From Cyclobacteriaceae bacterium (GTDB taxonomy: Bacteria > Bacteroidota > Bacteroidia > Cytophagales > Cyclobacteriaceae), in the NCBI GenBank assembly GCA_012033595.1, contig JAAUQL010000012.1, forward strand, positions 7,208 through 71,207: a stretch of DNA of 64,000 nucleotides, in the 5' to 3' direction. Shown here in pieces: positions 32,188 through 41,760 of this stretch. Made by a program: the position numbers and the translations under genes. The notes below the pieces were generated by a model. That model had not been told where the DNA came from. It searched no databases and saw only the letters and a list, made by a program, of their open reading frames with translations. Every line of letters starts with the position of its first letter. Position 1 is the stretch's first letter.

Positions 32188-32898
32188 CTATTCAAACGAT
32201 ACAGTGATGACATTTGTCATTTGTACCCATGTTGAATAGCGTATCTCACCACTAGGCAATTCCTCATACGGCATTTCTTTTGGGTTTTTTGCATAAGCAA
32301 CCATATAAAGAGGTTGATTAAGAGGTAAATTCAATTCTTTAGGTGTCATCTTTTTTTCGAAGTGGGTCACAGGTTCTGAAAAACAACAATAGGCCACAGG
32401 GATTTGATATGACCATTTCTCTGTATCTACTTGTTTGCCGGTGGAAAAAAAAATCTTCATGTCGTAGTTGGATATAGGCGTGCTGGCAAATTGGAACACG
32501 AATGAAGCTCCGTCTTTGAATATCTCAAAGTTTTTGATTTGATAATCTGGCTTTTCGTACATTAAAAGCGGTAGATCCAGGAAAACCTGCTTTGGGCCAG
32601 GTGTCACCTCAAAACTGAAAACCTTCCTTATCCCCAAATCAGCCCTTTCAAAGGTAAGGTTATAGGTTCCTACAGGCACATTGGTCATTGAAAACCTTCC
32701 ATTATTGTTTGTTATAGCAATAATATCCGTATCGTCCAACTTAATTAAAATCCCAGCTTGTTCGGAGGATAGTTTACCGGCTTCATCCAATATCTGAACA
32801 AAACCAACAACACCACCATGCAATATTATGGTCTCTTGCCGGCAGCCGGTAAAAATAACTATACAAACCAGCCATAAATAGACGATAGTCTTTTTCAT
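32188..32898 (-). CDS. Lipoprotein with carboxypeptidase-regulatory-like (prealbumin-fold) domain, paralog C
   Basis: Lipobox FTGC; TNNNGRFSMTNVPVGTYNLTF; LYMVAYA. Confidence 0.75.
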   Translation of the reverse strand: MKKTIVYLWLVCIVIFTGCRQETIILHGGVVGFVQILDEAGKLSSEQAGILIKLDDTDIIAITNNNGRFSMTNVPVGTYNLTFERADLGIRKVFSFEVTPGPKQVFLDLPLLMYEKPDYQIKNFEIFKDGASFVFQFASTPISNYDMKIFFSTGKQVDTEKWSYQIPVAYCCFSEPVTHFEKKMTPKELNLPLNQPLYMVAYAKNPKEMPYEELPSGEIRYSTWVQMTNVITVSFE

Positions 32899-32903
32899 TC
32901 AAA

Positions 32904-33659
32904 TCAAGGCATAAATGCTTCTGCCACGTTGGAACTACGTATGTTAGTCGTGTAATATACATTGTTGCCACTGACATTATCTATATAATAAAGTTCACAT
33001 GAGGAACAGGCATAGACTATGAGATAGATTTTTCTGGCTGCAAGCAATGCCTTGTCTTGGATTGGGAAATTAAACGTTACCCTTTCGACTCCTACACGAT
33101 TGCCTGTGACACCAGTTTGCAAGTAGAAGTTACTCGAAACGGCATCGCTGGTTGATAAAAAATACCTTGCACCGGTATAGCTAAGTTTTTTCGGATTGTA
33201 TAGCAGTTCCGAAGTTGCCGAAAAGTATGTTGACCCGTCTATCAGATAAATTTTCATTTTCAGGTTTGCCAGATAAATATGAGATTGGGCCACCAGGTTT
33301 ATCGTTTCTGATAATTGAGCTGTTTCTTCACCACCCACAAAAGCATATCCATATTTTTTGTAAGGATTAAAGCCCTCCTTTGAAAAGGTAATATCGTATG
33401 TTCCTGAAATCAACCCATACATAATGAAACCCCCATCTTTGTCTGAAAAGGTTTTGTGAATATTTTTGCCATTATCCATAGTTATTAGTACTCCTTCATG
33501 CGAATCACTATCTTTCCCAGCTGCATCTTTCAGAAATACTTCCCCTGCAAGACTTCCGTTGATCCCAACAACCTCTGTATTCTCCGAGCAAGCTACAAAA
33601 ACCAGCAAATAAAAAAGCATGTAAAAGTAATCGGCAATTTGAAACCTCAAGAAATTCAT
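32904..33659 (-). CDS. Lipoprotein with carboxypeptidase-regulatory-like domain, paralog B
   Basis: Lipobox FVAC; SDKDGGF..LISGTYDITFSKEGF; IYLIVYA; likely ATG at 33659. Confidence 0.75.
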   Translation of the reverse strand: MNFLRFQIADYFYMLFYLLVFVACSENTEVVGINGSLAGEVFLKDAAGKDSDSHEGVLITMDNGKNIHKTFSDKDGGFIMYGLISGTYDITFSKEGFNPYKKYGYAFVGGEETAQLSETINLVAQSHIYLANLKMKIYLIDGSTYFSATSELLYNPKKLSYTGARYFLSTSDAVSSNFYLQTGVTGNRVGVERVTFNFPIQDKALLAARKIYLIVYACSSCELYYIDNVSGNNVYYTTNIRSSNVAEAFMP

Positions 33660-33660
33660 A

Positions 33661-34404
33661 TCATGGAATACATATGGTGAGAATTTCTGTTGGTGATCCC
33701 AATCCGGTGTATATCTTTTCTTGGTTTTCATTATAATGATTACCAAAATCCCTTCCATCCGCACCATAGGCTATCAAATACAAAGTGTCACCCGTAAAGA
33801 GTAAGGGCATAAACAGATGAACAGTGATCGAATTCACCACCCCGGGTATAACCAATAAATCATAACCCCTGGAACCGATGTACTCTTTCGATGACACCTT
33901 CGAAAGGTCACCAAGGAATAATTGAACACCTGCAACTGCCTTTTTGTGTGTACTCATTTCGGTTTCGATATCCATATTTATAATGATTAAATACTCATTT
34001 ACCGCTTCTACATTCATATTTTTTATCTCGGTCGCTGAGTGGTACATCGTCATTTTTGTGTTGAGATAAACGGGGGCTTTCCCACCCAAAAAAGGAATAG
34101 CTTCTATCTTGGCTGTATCGAAGCCATCTTTTGCAAAAAGAAATTTGTAGGTGCCGGTGGTCAGCTCATCGATCATAAAATCCCCCTGTTCATCGGTAAC
34201 GGCGATGGGCTCAGAAAGATCCGTTCCCACGTAAACCTTCACGTCTGCATGGTTGTCCAGCATGGATCCGGCACCATAGGTCTGTACATTCCCTTTAATG
34301 GTTCCTTTGAGCGCCAAGGGTTCCAGCCTTGTTTCCTGGCAGCTTGAGAAGATCAAGCTTGTCCACAAGCATAACATAACTGCTTTGCCGTGAATCATAG
34401 CCAT
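33661..34404 (-). CDS. Lipoprotein with carboxypeptidase-regulatory-like domain, paralog A
   Basis: Lipobox FSSC; TDEQGDF..LTTGTYKFLFAKDGF; LYLIAYG. Confidence 0.75.
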   Translation of the reverse strand: MAMIHGKAVMLCLWTSLIFSSCQETRLEPLALKGTIKGNVQTYGAGSMLDNHADVKVYVGTDLSEPIAVTDEQGDFMIDELTTGTYKFLFAKDGFDTAKIEAIPFLGGKAPVYLNTKMTMYHSATEIKNMNVEAVNEYLIIINMDIETEMSTHKKAVAGVQLFLGDLSKVSSKEYIGSRGYDLLVIPGVVNSITVHLFMPLLFTGDTLYLIAYGADGRDFGNHYNENQEKIYTGLGSPTEILTICIP

Positions 34405-34474
34405 AGTCTAACCTAAATTACTGATTCCATTATAATACAAACTTGAATACCTGCTATTTTATCCGCATTATGAC

Positions 34475-34522
34475 AAATATCGGATGTTTCACTCCTGACA
34501 TCAACTAAAACATCCGATATTT
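34475..34522. repeat. Perfect 15-bp inverted repeat
   Basis: AAATATCGGATGTTT-N18-AAACATCCGATATTT. Confidence 0.7.
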
Positions 34523-34625
34523 AATGCATAAAAACTTAACGCAAAGGCTATGCGACCATGGGCAAACTGGCTCATCGACCATAGACGAACAAACAATGCG
34601 ACTATTAGCATATAACCATTACACT

Positions 34626-35324
34626 CTAACCCACTTTCAGGTTGGGTGCAAACACGCCAACCCTAAGTGTTTTACCATCATGGCGTGTATTGCGTACCTC
34701 CAGGCGATAATTACCTGCCGGCAGATCAGGAATCTTGAGGGTCAGCGTCTTTGGTTCATTGGTACGGATCAACGCTGTTTTTACCTCACTCCCGTCTGAC
34801 TGATTATGAAAAAAAACACCTTCCTCTTCCAGATTGTTATAGACCTTGAGCAATTGGCCTGAAATTTCCAGCACATCTCCAGGGCTCAGTTGGCTATCAG
34901 AAGTGTCACTGCCCCAATCATATACTCGATCTACTAGGGGCTGGTTCTGACGTACATCTACCTTTTTCAAGGTCACGCTGTCCACTGCACTGCTCACACC
35001 GGATTTCAGCTTAATACCTACGATCAGGGAATGTCGAGCAGGATCAAATTGGTCATCTTCGTTTTGGAACACCCCGCTTATGTCAAAGCGGGTGTTCACA
35101 TATGTGTCGCTATAGGCTTCTCCTTCCCGGATGTAACCGGTGATGGTGTCCCAGTAGGCATCAATTACCGCCTTTACCTCTGTAGGTTTGAGGATAGAGC
35201 CGGGACCGGTCACTTTTTTTATAAGGTCTTCCAGTTTATTGGTAGTGATATCCACAGGCCGGGCTATCTGGTCTTCAGGATCGTCTTGGGTGAGTTCGTT
35301 CGGGTAAAGTGCGTAATTCAACAT
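34626..35324 (-). CDS. HU-like DNA-binding domain + DUF4469 Ig-like domain protein
   Basis: YALYPNELT.DDP.D..ARP..EDLI..GS..ISGVF N-domain; PGDVLEISG.LLK..EGVFF..NEPKTL..LPAGNYRLEVR C-domain; no signal peptide. Confidence 0.8.
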   Translation of the reverse strand: MLNYALYPNELTQDDPEDQIARPVDITTNKLEDLIKKVTGPGSILKPTEVKAVIDAYWDTITGYIREGEAYSDTYVNTRFDISGVFQNEDDQFDPARHSLIVGIKLKSGVSSAVDSVTLKKVDVRQNQPLVDRVYDWGSDTSDSQLSPGDVLEISGQLLKVYNNLEEEGVFFHNQSDGSEVKTALIRTNEPKTLTLKIPDLPAGNYRLEVRNTRHDGKTLRVGVFAPNLKVG

Positions 35325-35495
35325 AGCTTTATTGGTTTTGAGGTGAACAAAAATAATATGACAAATGGATAGTTTATAACTGGCCTCAAACCTGCGGTGG
35401 GCAACTTACAAAAACTATAAACTCTGAAACCAAAAGGACAATGAGTTTACTGGTTTTTATAAAAGCATGCCACAGGATTTGACCCTTTTATTGAC

Positions 35496-35530
35496 TACAC
35501 ACCAAAAACCAACCTCTACCCCCCCCTATC
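35496..35530 (-). promoter_or_regulatory. Conserved upstream motif, copy 2 (putative ECF promoter)
   Basis: Minus strand GATAGGGGGGGGTAG-N13-GTGTGTA upstream of the DUF4469 gene. Confidence 0.6.
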
Positions 35531-35792
35531 CTATAAAAAAATATGTCTTACATGCTTATAGCTGTATAGTTTACGTTAAAGACTACCATTAAGGGAGAAA
35601 AATCTGGCTTTACCATTTTTGATCAGGCCATTTAGCTAATGTCTGTTTCAAAACAGTATTCTCGAAGCTCGATTGCCAAGTAGCACTTTGTGGTAAAACA
35701 AGCGCTTTTGGCAAGCATCTGTTTAAATCATAGTATTTCTGCGATTTTTTGATAGGTGCTGTTGGTAGTTTTTTGATCAAATTCATTTTCAT

Positions 35793-36097
35793 CACCTTTT
35801 CACATCTTCTACCTAAATTTGCTTGACGCTTGTGTACCGAATTGAAGCGTCTTTAAATTTTGCCAGTGTCGGGTTTCAGTTGTTCTTCTTCAAAGTCTGC
35901 GCCACTCCAGAAAAATAACCTTATTCCATCTTTTAGTTTACTATATCCGACTATCGGATTTTCGTCTAAAAACCATACAGGGTGTGCTTGTTTTCAGCAT
36001 TTGGAAGACTTTCAGAAATATGCGTAAATAAATAATTGCAAATCTCCTTATCTTCTTCTGATTGAGACTCATTGAAAACTTTTACTTCCTTGTTCAT
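35793..36097 (-). pseudogene. Degraded DUF1801 (YdhG-like) gene
   Basis: Manual translation MNKEVKVFNESQSEEDKEICNYL..SLPNAEN/AHPVWFLDENPIVGYSKLKDGIRLFFWSGADFEE..; internal deletion, frameshifts and a TAG at 35813-35815. Confidence 0.7.
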
Positions 36098-36107
36098 TTT
36101 CAGCCTG

Positions 36108-36593
36108 TTAATTAAGCTTAAAAATAAACGCTTCTATTTCAGTTTTCCTTGCATTGGCAAAACCCTTTTCAAAGCCTATTTTAACAAACCCACATTTTTC
36201 CAAAACCTTTTGCGAACCAAAATTATCAAAGGCAACACGACCGAAAATAGGTCTGCTTGTTTCAATCGCTAGAAATTTTTTTAATGCTAGTGTGGCAATA
36301 CCTTGTTTCCAAAATTTCCTCTCTATCCAATACGTAATTTCTGTTTTGCCTTCCACAACAAACTTAGCAATTCGACCTACAATATTACCGTCTAAAAGAA
36401 TTGTTTGATTGTTGACGGATGGGTCACTTAACAACTGTGTGTGCTTAGTTATGTAGGCATCTTTATCTGTCGGGTCTTTCGGCATAAATGCTGCCAAATA
36501 TCCACCTTCCTTGTCTAGTTGAAATTGAAACAGTACTTCTAAGTCTATAATTTCAGTTGCTCGTAGTAATATTTTTGTTGTGTCGTTCATCAT
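36108..36593 (-). CDS. GNAT (RimJ/RimL-like) acetyltransferase
   Basis: EITYWI..WKQGIAT, DNFGSQKVLEKCGF. Confidence 0.88.
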   Translation of the reverse strand: MMNDTTKILLRATEIIDLEVLFQFQLDKEGGYLAAFMPKDPTDKDAYITKHTQLLSDPSVNNQTILLDGNIVGRIAKFVVEGKTEITYWIERKFWKQGIATLALKKFLAIETSRPIFGRVAFDNFGSQKVLEKCGFVKIGFEKGFANARKTEIEAFIFKLN

Positions 36594-36753
36594 TGTAGTT
36601 TGTGTCGGAACTGTATGTTTAAGGTCGTATTGCATCCGCTAATGGTATTGGAAGGTATTTCCCAAGCCGAACGGTTTAGTTCAACATCAAGCACCTATTC
36701 TGGCTAAGGCCGGAAAGCGATGCTTAAGTGTTAGTGGGTTGTTGTTTCTTTGG

Positions 36754-38070
36754 TTAGTTTTTTTCGTATTGTAGATTCATCCCTAATCCAAAGTAAACAT
36801 AAATTCCTTCACTAAAAGGTTTGCCCATTAAGTTTCCATATGACTTATAGCCAATATTTCCATTCATCGAAAACAGATTGCTTTTATCAGCCAGACCAAT
36901 TCCAGTTTGAATATTGATGTTATTCGTTTCGGTTCTTTCATTATTCCAATAATCAAATTGTCCATTTATTCTAATTCTGTCGGTTAAGATCAGGTTTCTA
37001 AATTCTGTTCCAAATCCTTTTGTTTGATGAAACATATTTCCTCCTGTTCTGTAATAAACACTAAATGCAGGCATCTTTTTTACACGGAAAAACATATCAA
37101 AGTAGTTTTCTATTCCATTTTCTCCCATGTTTGCCCTTACCGAAGGCATAAAAGATACATTTTTTACTGTAAGCATAAATGGTTTATAAAAAGTCTGCCC
37201 TTTTACCAAATACAATAAGGTCCCATAAATAAAATAAAGATTTGTGGGATCTAAAGCTGTCAGCAGGTATGCATACTTCATCCTACTATATTGGTCGTTT
37301 ATAAATTCATTTTGAGTATAAACACTCATATCAGGAAGCTTCTGTACCCACGTTGCATTATCATCTAAAAAGGCATCATAATAACCATAAGATTCTGTAA
37401 GAGCTAACACATAAGACACTGGATCGTTGGGGACAGGGTTTCTGCTAAAGTATTCAGCATTTTGTGTATAATATTTGTTGGGATTTTCCAGAAATGGCTT
37501 CACGTTGTTTTGCAGATAGATATACTGGTCGATTATTTTGCCGGCAAGCAGGTAGTTGCCCAAATAATTGGGTGAATATTCGGCAGAATAAAGTTGCTGA
37601 GTGGCATGATATGCAATTGTAGCTGTTACTTCCGGACCCGCAGCTACAATCATCTGTCTCTGAAGTACTGGCATATTTTGGGAAACTATAAATACATTGT
37701 CACCACCCAAACTCGGAAAATCAAGATTCAGTTTTGGCGTAACACCAAATTCCCTTGCTCTTAAATAGTGTCCGAAGTATTCGTGCGGAATAGTTGCATA
37801 CAACTGTGCTCCAAAATAAAATTGTACAAGTCCAAAGTTCCCAATTCTTGCAAACAGATTGGCTGATTTACTTTTCACCTTATTTTTTATAAGAAGACTT
37901 GTCTGGTCAAAAATCAATGAGCTAATGCCAATGACTGATTGGGAGCCTGATTCAATGTTTGGATTGGTTCCATATTGAATTTCGTAGTGCCTCGTGAATA
38001 TAGAGTCTTGCTGTGCAAAGACCTGAAAATTCAATAACGAAAGCGTGATAAAAAGAAATGTCCTTTTCAC
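36754..38070 (-). CDS. Hypothetical envelope protein with zinc-peptidase-like motifs
   Basis: Signal peptide; PHEYFGH, VAAGPE; C-terminal amphipathic beta-strands. Confidence 0.55.
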   Translation of the reverse strand: MKRTFLFITLSLLNFQVFAQQDSIFTRHYEIQYGTNPNIESGSQSVIGISSLIFDQTSLLIKNKVKSKSANLFARIGNFGLVQFYFGAQLYATIPHEYFGHYLRAREFGVTPKLNLDFPSLGGDNVFIVSQNMPVLQRQMIVAAGPEVTATIAYHATQQLYSAEYSPNYLGNYLLAGKIIDQYIYLQNNVKPFLENPNKYYTQNAEYFSRNPVPNDPVSYVLALTESYGYYDAFLDDNATWVQKLPDMSVYTQNEFINDQYSRMKYAYLLTALDPTNLYFIYGTLLYLVKGQTFYKPFMLTVKNVSFMPSVRANMGENGIENYFDMFFRVKKMPAFSVYYRTGGNMFHQTKGFGTEFRNLILTDRIRINGQFDYWNNERTETNNINIQTGIGLADKSNLFSMNGNIGYKSYGNLMGKPFSEGIYVYFGLGMNLQYEKN

Positions 38071-38288
38071 GATATTAGGTTTATTGTATTGGTATAAAAA
38101 TAGAAATCATCAGATCAAAACCCATTGCCAGCTATTTCAATGCTTACTACGCTAACATTTAGCGGATACTGATGGCCTTATATATCTAAGGGGGTCTTTG
38201 TGAAGAATGGCTTTTATAAGTTCTTCCACGGAGAAAATGCTTTTATAATTCTCATCTATGATAAAACCCAACACTAATTTTTTTTTAA

Positions 38289-38768
38289 TTAATCCCAAAC
38301 ATATTTCCAAGTATCGTCATTTTGTTTTTTCCAAACTGTATGGTAAGTTCCTTTTATTTGCTTTACGTTTTGATAATGATCTTCAAATTCCCAAATGTAC
38401 TGTCCGTATGTGTAAGCTAAGTCGCCACATTCAGAGACATCTACAAAATCAGGTGTCCAGACAATCCTTACACCATCCAAATTCTTATTCTGATAATACA
38501 GTTTAATATTTTCTCTACCTGTAATGAGTGTATCATTTTCTCTTTTTATCACAGCGTTTTCATCAGCAAAAAAATAAAATGCTTCGGGAATCCCCTTCTC
38601 TTTTGTCATATCATAAAACTGCTTTTCTACCTGAACTATTTCATATTCAGTCATCTCGTTGTCTTTTGTATTTTGGCAACTGCTAAACAATGGAATGACA
38701 GCTATAAAATAATACATTGGCTGAATAACATTAAAGGTGCATTGGGGCTGTATTTTTTTCTCTTTCAT
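38289..38768 (-). CDS. NTF2-like/DUF4440 protein
   Basis: AF..FADENAV..W.PDFVDVS..GDLAYTYG..GTYHTVWKKQ..WKYVWD. Confidence 0.82.
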   Translation of the reverse strand: MKEKKIQPQCTFNVIQPMYYFIAVIPLFSSCQNTKDNEMTEYEIVQVEKQFYDMTKEKGIPEAFYFFADENAVIKRENDTLITGRENIKLYYQNKNLDGVRIVWTPDFVDVSECGDLAYTYGQYIWEFEDHYQNVKQIKGTYHTVWKKQNDDTWKYVWD

Positions 38769-38982
38769 TTTGAGCTAGTTTTTTTTTGGCTTAATAATGC
38801 TGGTCTATTTGTGATTATTGCAGGTTTCTCATTTTACTTAAAATCAAGGCCCCAAGTTCTTTATCGGAGGGGCTGGAACTATTTTTTGAATTCATAACCA
38901 TAAAGTTATTCTGCTGTCCGCATAGTAAAAAGTGGTATCCCTTTTTATCCCCCATTTCATAGTATCCATTTGCACCAAGTTT

Positions 38983-40059
38983 TCAATTATGTTTATTAAT
39001 AAATGAAACCACTTCCAGATAGAATTGCTCGGGAGCGTATCCGGGCAGTTCGTGCATAGTGTTTGGAAAAATAACCAGTTTTTTATCTGCTTCCGGGGTG
39101 CTTATTTTTTCATATGCTCTGTAAGCCAGCGTATCCGGAACACGAATGTCCATATCACCCCAAAGGAATAAGTAAGGGATATTTATCAAGGAAAGATTAT
39201 CCGAGACATAGGTGTCAGTCATTAGATGGCTCCATACATGACTGTTTGGCCGCGCTAAGATATCGCCGAAAATAGAAGTCAAGGAATTTGTAGGTGAGTT
39301 AAAAAATGCTTTCCAAGGCTTATCAACTTCTACGGAATAACTCACGACACCGTCTTTTTCTAATATCTTTTCTGCTTTTAATACGTGCTGATAATATTCA
39401 ACCACATAATCTAGGTCGATGCGTGATGTATCGAATTTGTCTGCGACCTCCTTAAGTTGAGTCCATTCGTTGATTGAATTTCCAATACTTATTTGCTGGT
39501 CTGCGATACTCCTTAGCTTCAAATAGGATGTTCTGCGGATCAATGGCCAATCATGACCACCGTTTATCTCAATCCAACCCTTCACTGGATGGTTACCATG
39601 ATGTCGAATCAAATAGCTGGTGCCCAGCATTCCGCCCCAACTGATTCCCATTAAAAATATTTTTGTATCTTTCCCATAACGGTGCTGAATCAGTTTGACG
39701 AGCTTGTCCAAATCATCTACATATTGATCCCTGATTAGTAAATCCTTACTGAAGTTTCCTTTCGATTCACCGGTAGCTCTTTGATCCCAATAAGCTACTG
39801 CAAATTCTTTTTCAAGCCTATTAAAAATGGATGAATATGCCAATATCTGCGAACCACCTAAAGGGCCTCCTTGCAAGAATAGCACAAGCGTTTTGTCTTT
39901 GAAATTACCCTGTACAGTCACTGGCATGTCAGCCCCGGCATTTCTTAAATAGAAATGATCATCCAGAAAATCGTCTACAAGAAAATCGTCCCTATCACAA
40001 CCAGTAAATAATATGGCAGTCAGTGAAACAACATATACTATCTTTATTCTGATTTTCAT
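38983..40059 (-). CDS. Alpha/beta-hydrolase lipoprotein (proline iminopeptidase-like)
   Basis: Lipobox FTGC; LQGGP, YWDQR, GISWGG nucleophile elbow, WGDMD, C-terminal His. Confidence 0.85.
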   Translation of the reverse strand: MKIRIKIVYVVSLTAILFTGCDRDDFLVDDFLDDHFYLRNAGADMPVTVQGNFKDKTLVLFLQGGPLGGSQILAYSSIFNRLEKEFAVAYWDQRATGESKGNFSKDLLIRDQYVDDLDKLVKLIQHRYGKDTKIFLMGISWGGMLGTSYLIRHHGNHPVKGWIEINGGHDWPLIRRTSYLKLRSIADQQISIGNSINEWTQLKEVADKFDTSRIDLDYVVEYYQHVLKAEKILEKDGVVSYSVEVDKPWKAFFNSPTNSLTSIFGDILARPNSHVWSHLMTDTYVSDNLSLINIPYLFLWGDMDIRVPDTLAYRAYEKISTPEADKKLVIFPNTMHELPGYAPEQFYLEVVSFINKHN

Positions 40060-40063
40060 GAGC

Positions 40064-40663
40064 CTAATTGATTTTGATTTTATACATGATACCGGCTTCC
40101 AAAGCTACACGCGGTAAAAAAGTAGTATTATGTGGCGCAAGAAAAAACAAACGAGGTCTTATATACCAACCTAAAGGAACATTAGATTTTCGGAAGAAGT
40201 CTTGACCCACTTCAAGGCTCATATCAAACATTATCTGTCCCTTGCCAGCCAAGCGCACTCTAGATATCTCACCATTATCGCCCACTTCAAATGTAGCAGA
40301 GTTGTAAAAATACCTGAAATAACCTACCCCCAAAGAACTCCCCAACATAAATCCATTTTTATAGATACGCTTACTACCATGAGAAACAAGCAGAAAAGTG
40401 CCCACATGATTTTGCTGGTGATTGTAAATCCCAAAACCAGCAGACAAGTATTTCCACTTTTGCCTGTCATTCTTTGTTTTGATTTGCAACTTATACGGAG
40501 CCATTATTTCCGTATTTAAACCAGGATGCGTGATGAATTCCCCAAGATAACCGATCTTCAGATCAAAGGATTCTCCAAACGAAATTTTTTGTGTTGTCTT
40601 TTGCCCAAAAGCTTGAAAAATAAATATGGAGAATACCATGAAGATAAATGAAGTTTTAACCAT
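40064..40663 (-). CDS. Putative small outer-membrane beta-barrel protein
   Basis: Signal peptide, alternating aromatic/Gly strands, C-terminal LEAGIMYKI. Confidence 0.55.
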   Translation of the reverse strand: MVKTSFIFMVFSIFIFQAFGQKTTQKISFGESFDLKIGYLGEFITHPGLNTEIMAPYKLQIKTKNDRQKWKYLSAGFGIYNHQQNHVGTFLLVSHGSKRIYKNGFMLGSSLGVGYFRYFYNSATFEVGDNGEISRVRLAGKGQIMFDMSLEVGQDFFRKSNVPLGWYIRPRLFFLAPHNTTFLPRVALEAGIMYKIKIN

Positions 40664-40675
40664 GAAATTTTTAGT

Positions 40676-41755
40676 TTATTCTATGCTTCTCATTTTACTT
40701 AAAATCAATGCCCCAAGTTCGGTCGCAGGAAGTGCGGTGCTGTTTCGCGAGTTCATCACCACAAAAACGCCTTGCTGTCTATTTTCATCAAAGCCAATAA
40801 ACGAATTAAAACCGTCTGTCCCCCCATTGTGCCAAGTAGCTGTATATCCTTCTTCCACTTTAGTGATAAACCATGAGAGTCCAAACCCATTTTGTTCATC
40901 TTCTTCAAAAGTGAACGTTTGAGCAAGTTCAAATACCTGCCCTAAGTCTGGATGGGTCTTTTGTATATTAGCAATTAGGTATTTCATCATGTCAGATGGG
41001 GTGGAAATAATAGAACCGGCAGCTTGGTTGGCTTGGGTCATTTTAAAAGGCTCCTGCTTATTTATACCGATGTATCCTGTTGCAAAATTTCCGTCTTGCT
41101 CCACGTTTGTATTTACATAAGATCGAGTCATCCCAAGTGGATTGAATATTTGTTGCTGAACTAAGGTCTCGTAACTGGTATTTTCTACCCGTTCCAATAA
41201 ATACCCTAGTAAACCCACTCCTACATTTGAATACTCATGCATTACACCTGGCTTTACGGATGGATTCCAGTTGTTTAAAAAACTAAAGAGTTCGGGCAAT
41301 CCATAGTCAGAAAACTTATCTGTATCGTTGTCAGGTTGACGCGGCATGCCCGATGTATGATTTGCCAAATGAACAAATCTTATCGAATCAGTAGCATAAA
41401 TATTCATATTTACACCTGATGGAAGGTAATCGTAAATAGGCTGGTTGAGTGAAGTACTTCCGTTTAGATGACTTTTTGCCAATAAAGTAGAAGTGAATGT
41501 TTTGGTAATCGAACCTATTTCAATCAATGTATTTTCATCAAATGGTTGGCCTGAATCGAGGTTTCTAACCCCAAAAAAATAATACGATATTTCATTATTT
41601 TGAAATACACCTATTCCAATACCTGGAGTGTTGGCAGTAAATAAATAAGGTTGAACAGTTTGGTTAATATATTCTGCTAAGTTATTTGGTTGTAACAACT
41701 CTTTATCAGAACAACCGAACATTAATATTATCAACGAATAAAAAACTTTTTTCAT
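40676..41755 (-). CDS. Serine hydrolase lipoprotein, beta-lactamase class C / PBP fold
   Basis: Lipobox MFGC; GSITK (SxxK), HTSG, YSN, WHNGG. Confidence 0.88.
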   Translation of the reverse strand: MKKVFYSLIILMFGCSDKELLQPNNLAEYINQTVQPYLFTANTPGIGIGVFQNNEISYYFFGVRNLDSGQPFDENTLIEIGSITKTFTSTLLAKSHLNGSTSLNQPIYDYLPSGVNMNIYATDSIRFVHLANHTSGMPRQPDNDTDKFSDYGLPELFSFLNNWNPSVKPGVMHEYSNVGVGLLGYLLERVENTSYETLVQQQIFNPLGMTRSYVNTNVEQDGNFATGYIGINKQEPFKMTQANQAAGSIISTPSDMMKYLIANIQKTHPDLGQVFELAQTFTFEEDEQNGFGLSWFITKVEEGYTATWHNGGTDGFNSFIGFDENRQQGVFVVMNSRNSTALPATELGALILSKMRSIE

Positions 41756-41760
41756 AACGA

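Noticed and set aside
40676..41755. Antibiotic-resistance AmpC beta-lactamase
   Set aside because: Has HNG rather than the KTG triad and is a lipoprotein; more likely a peptidase or esterase
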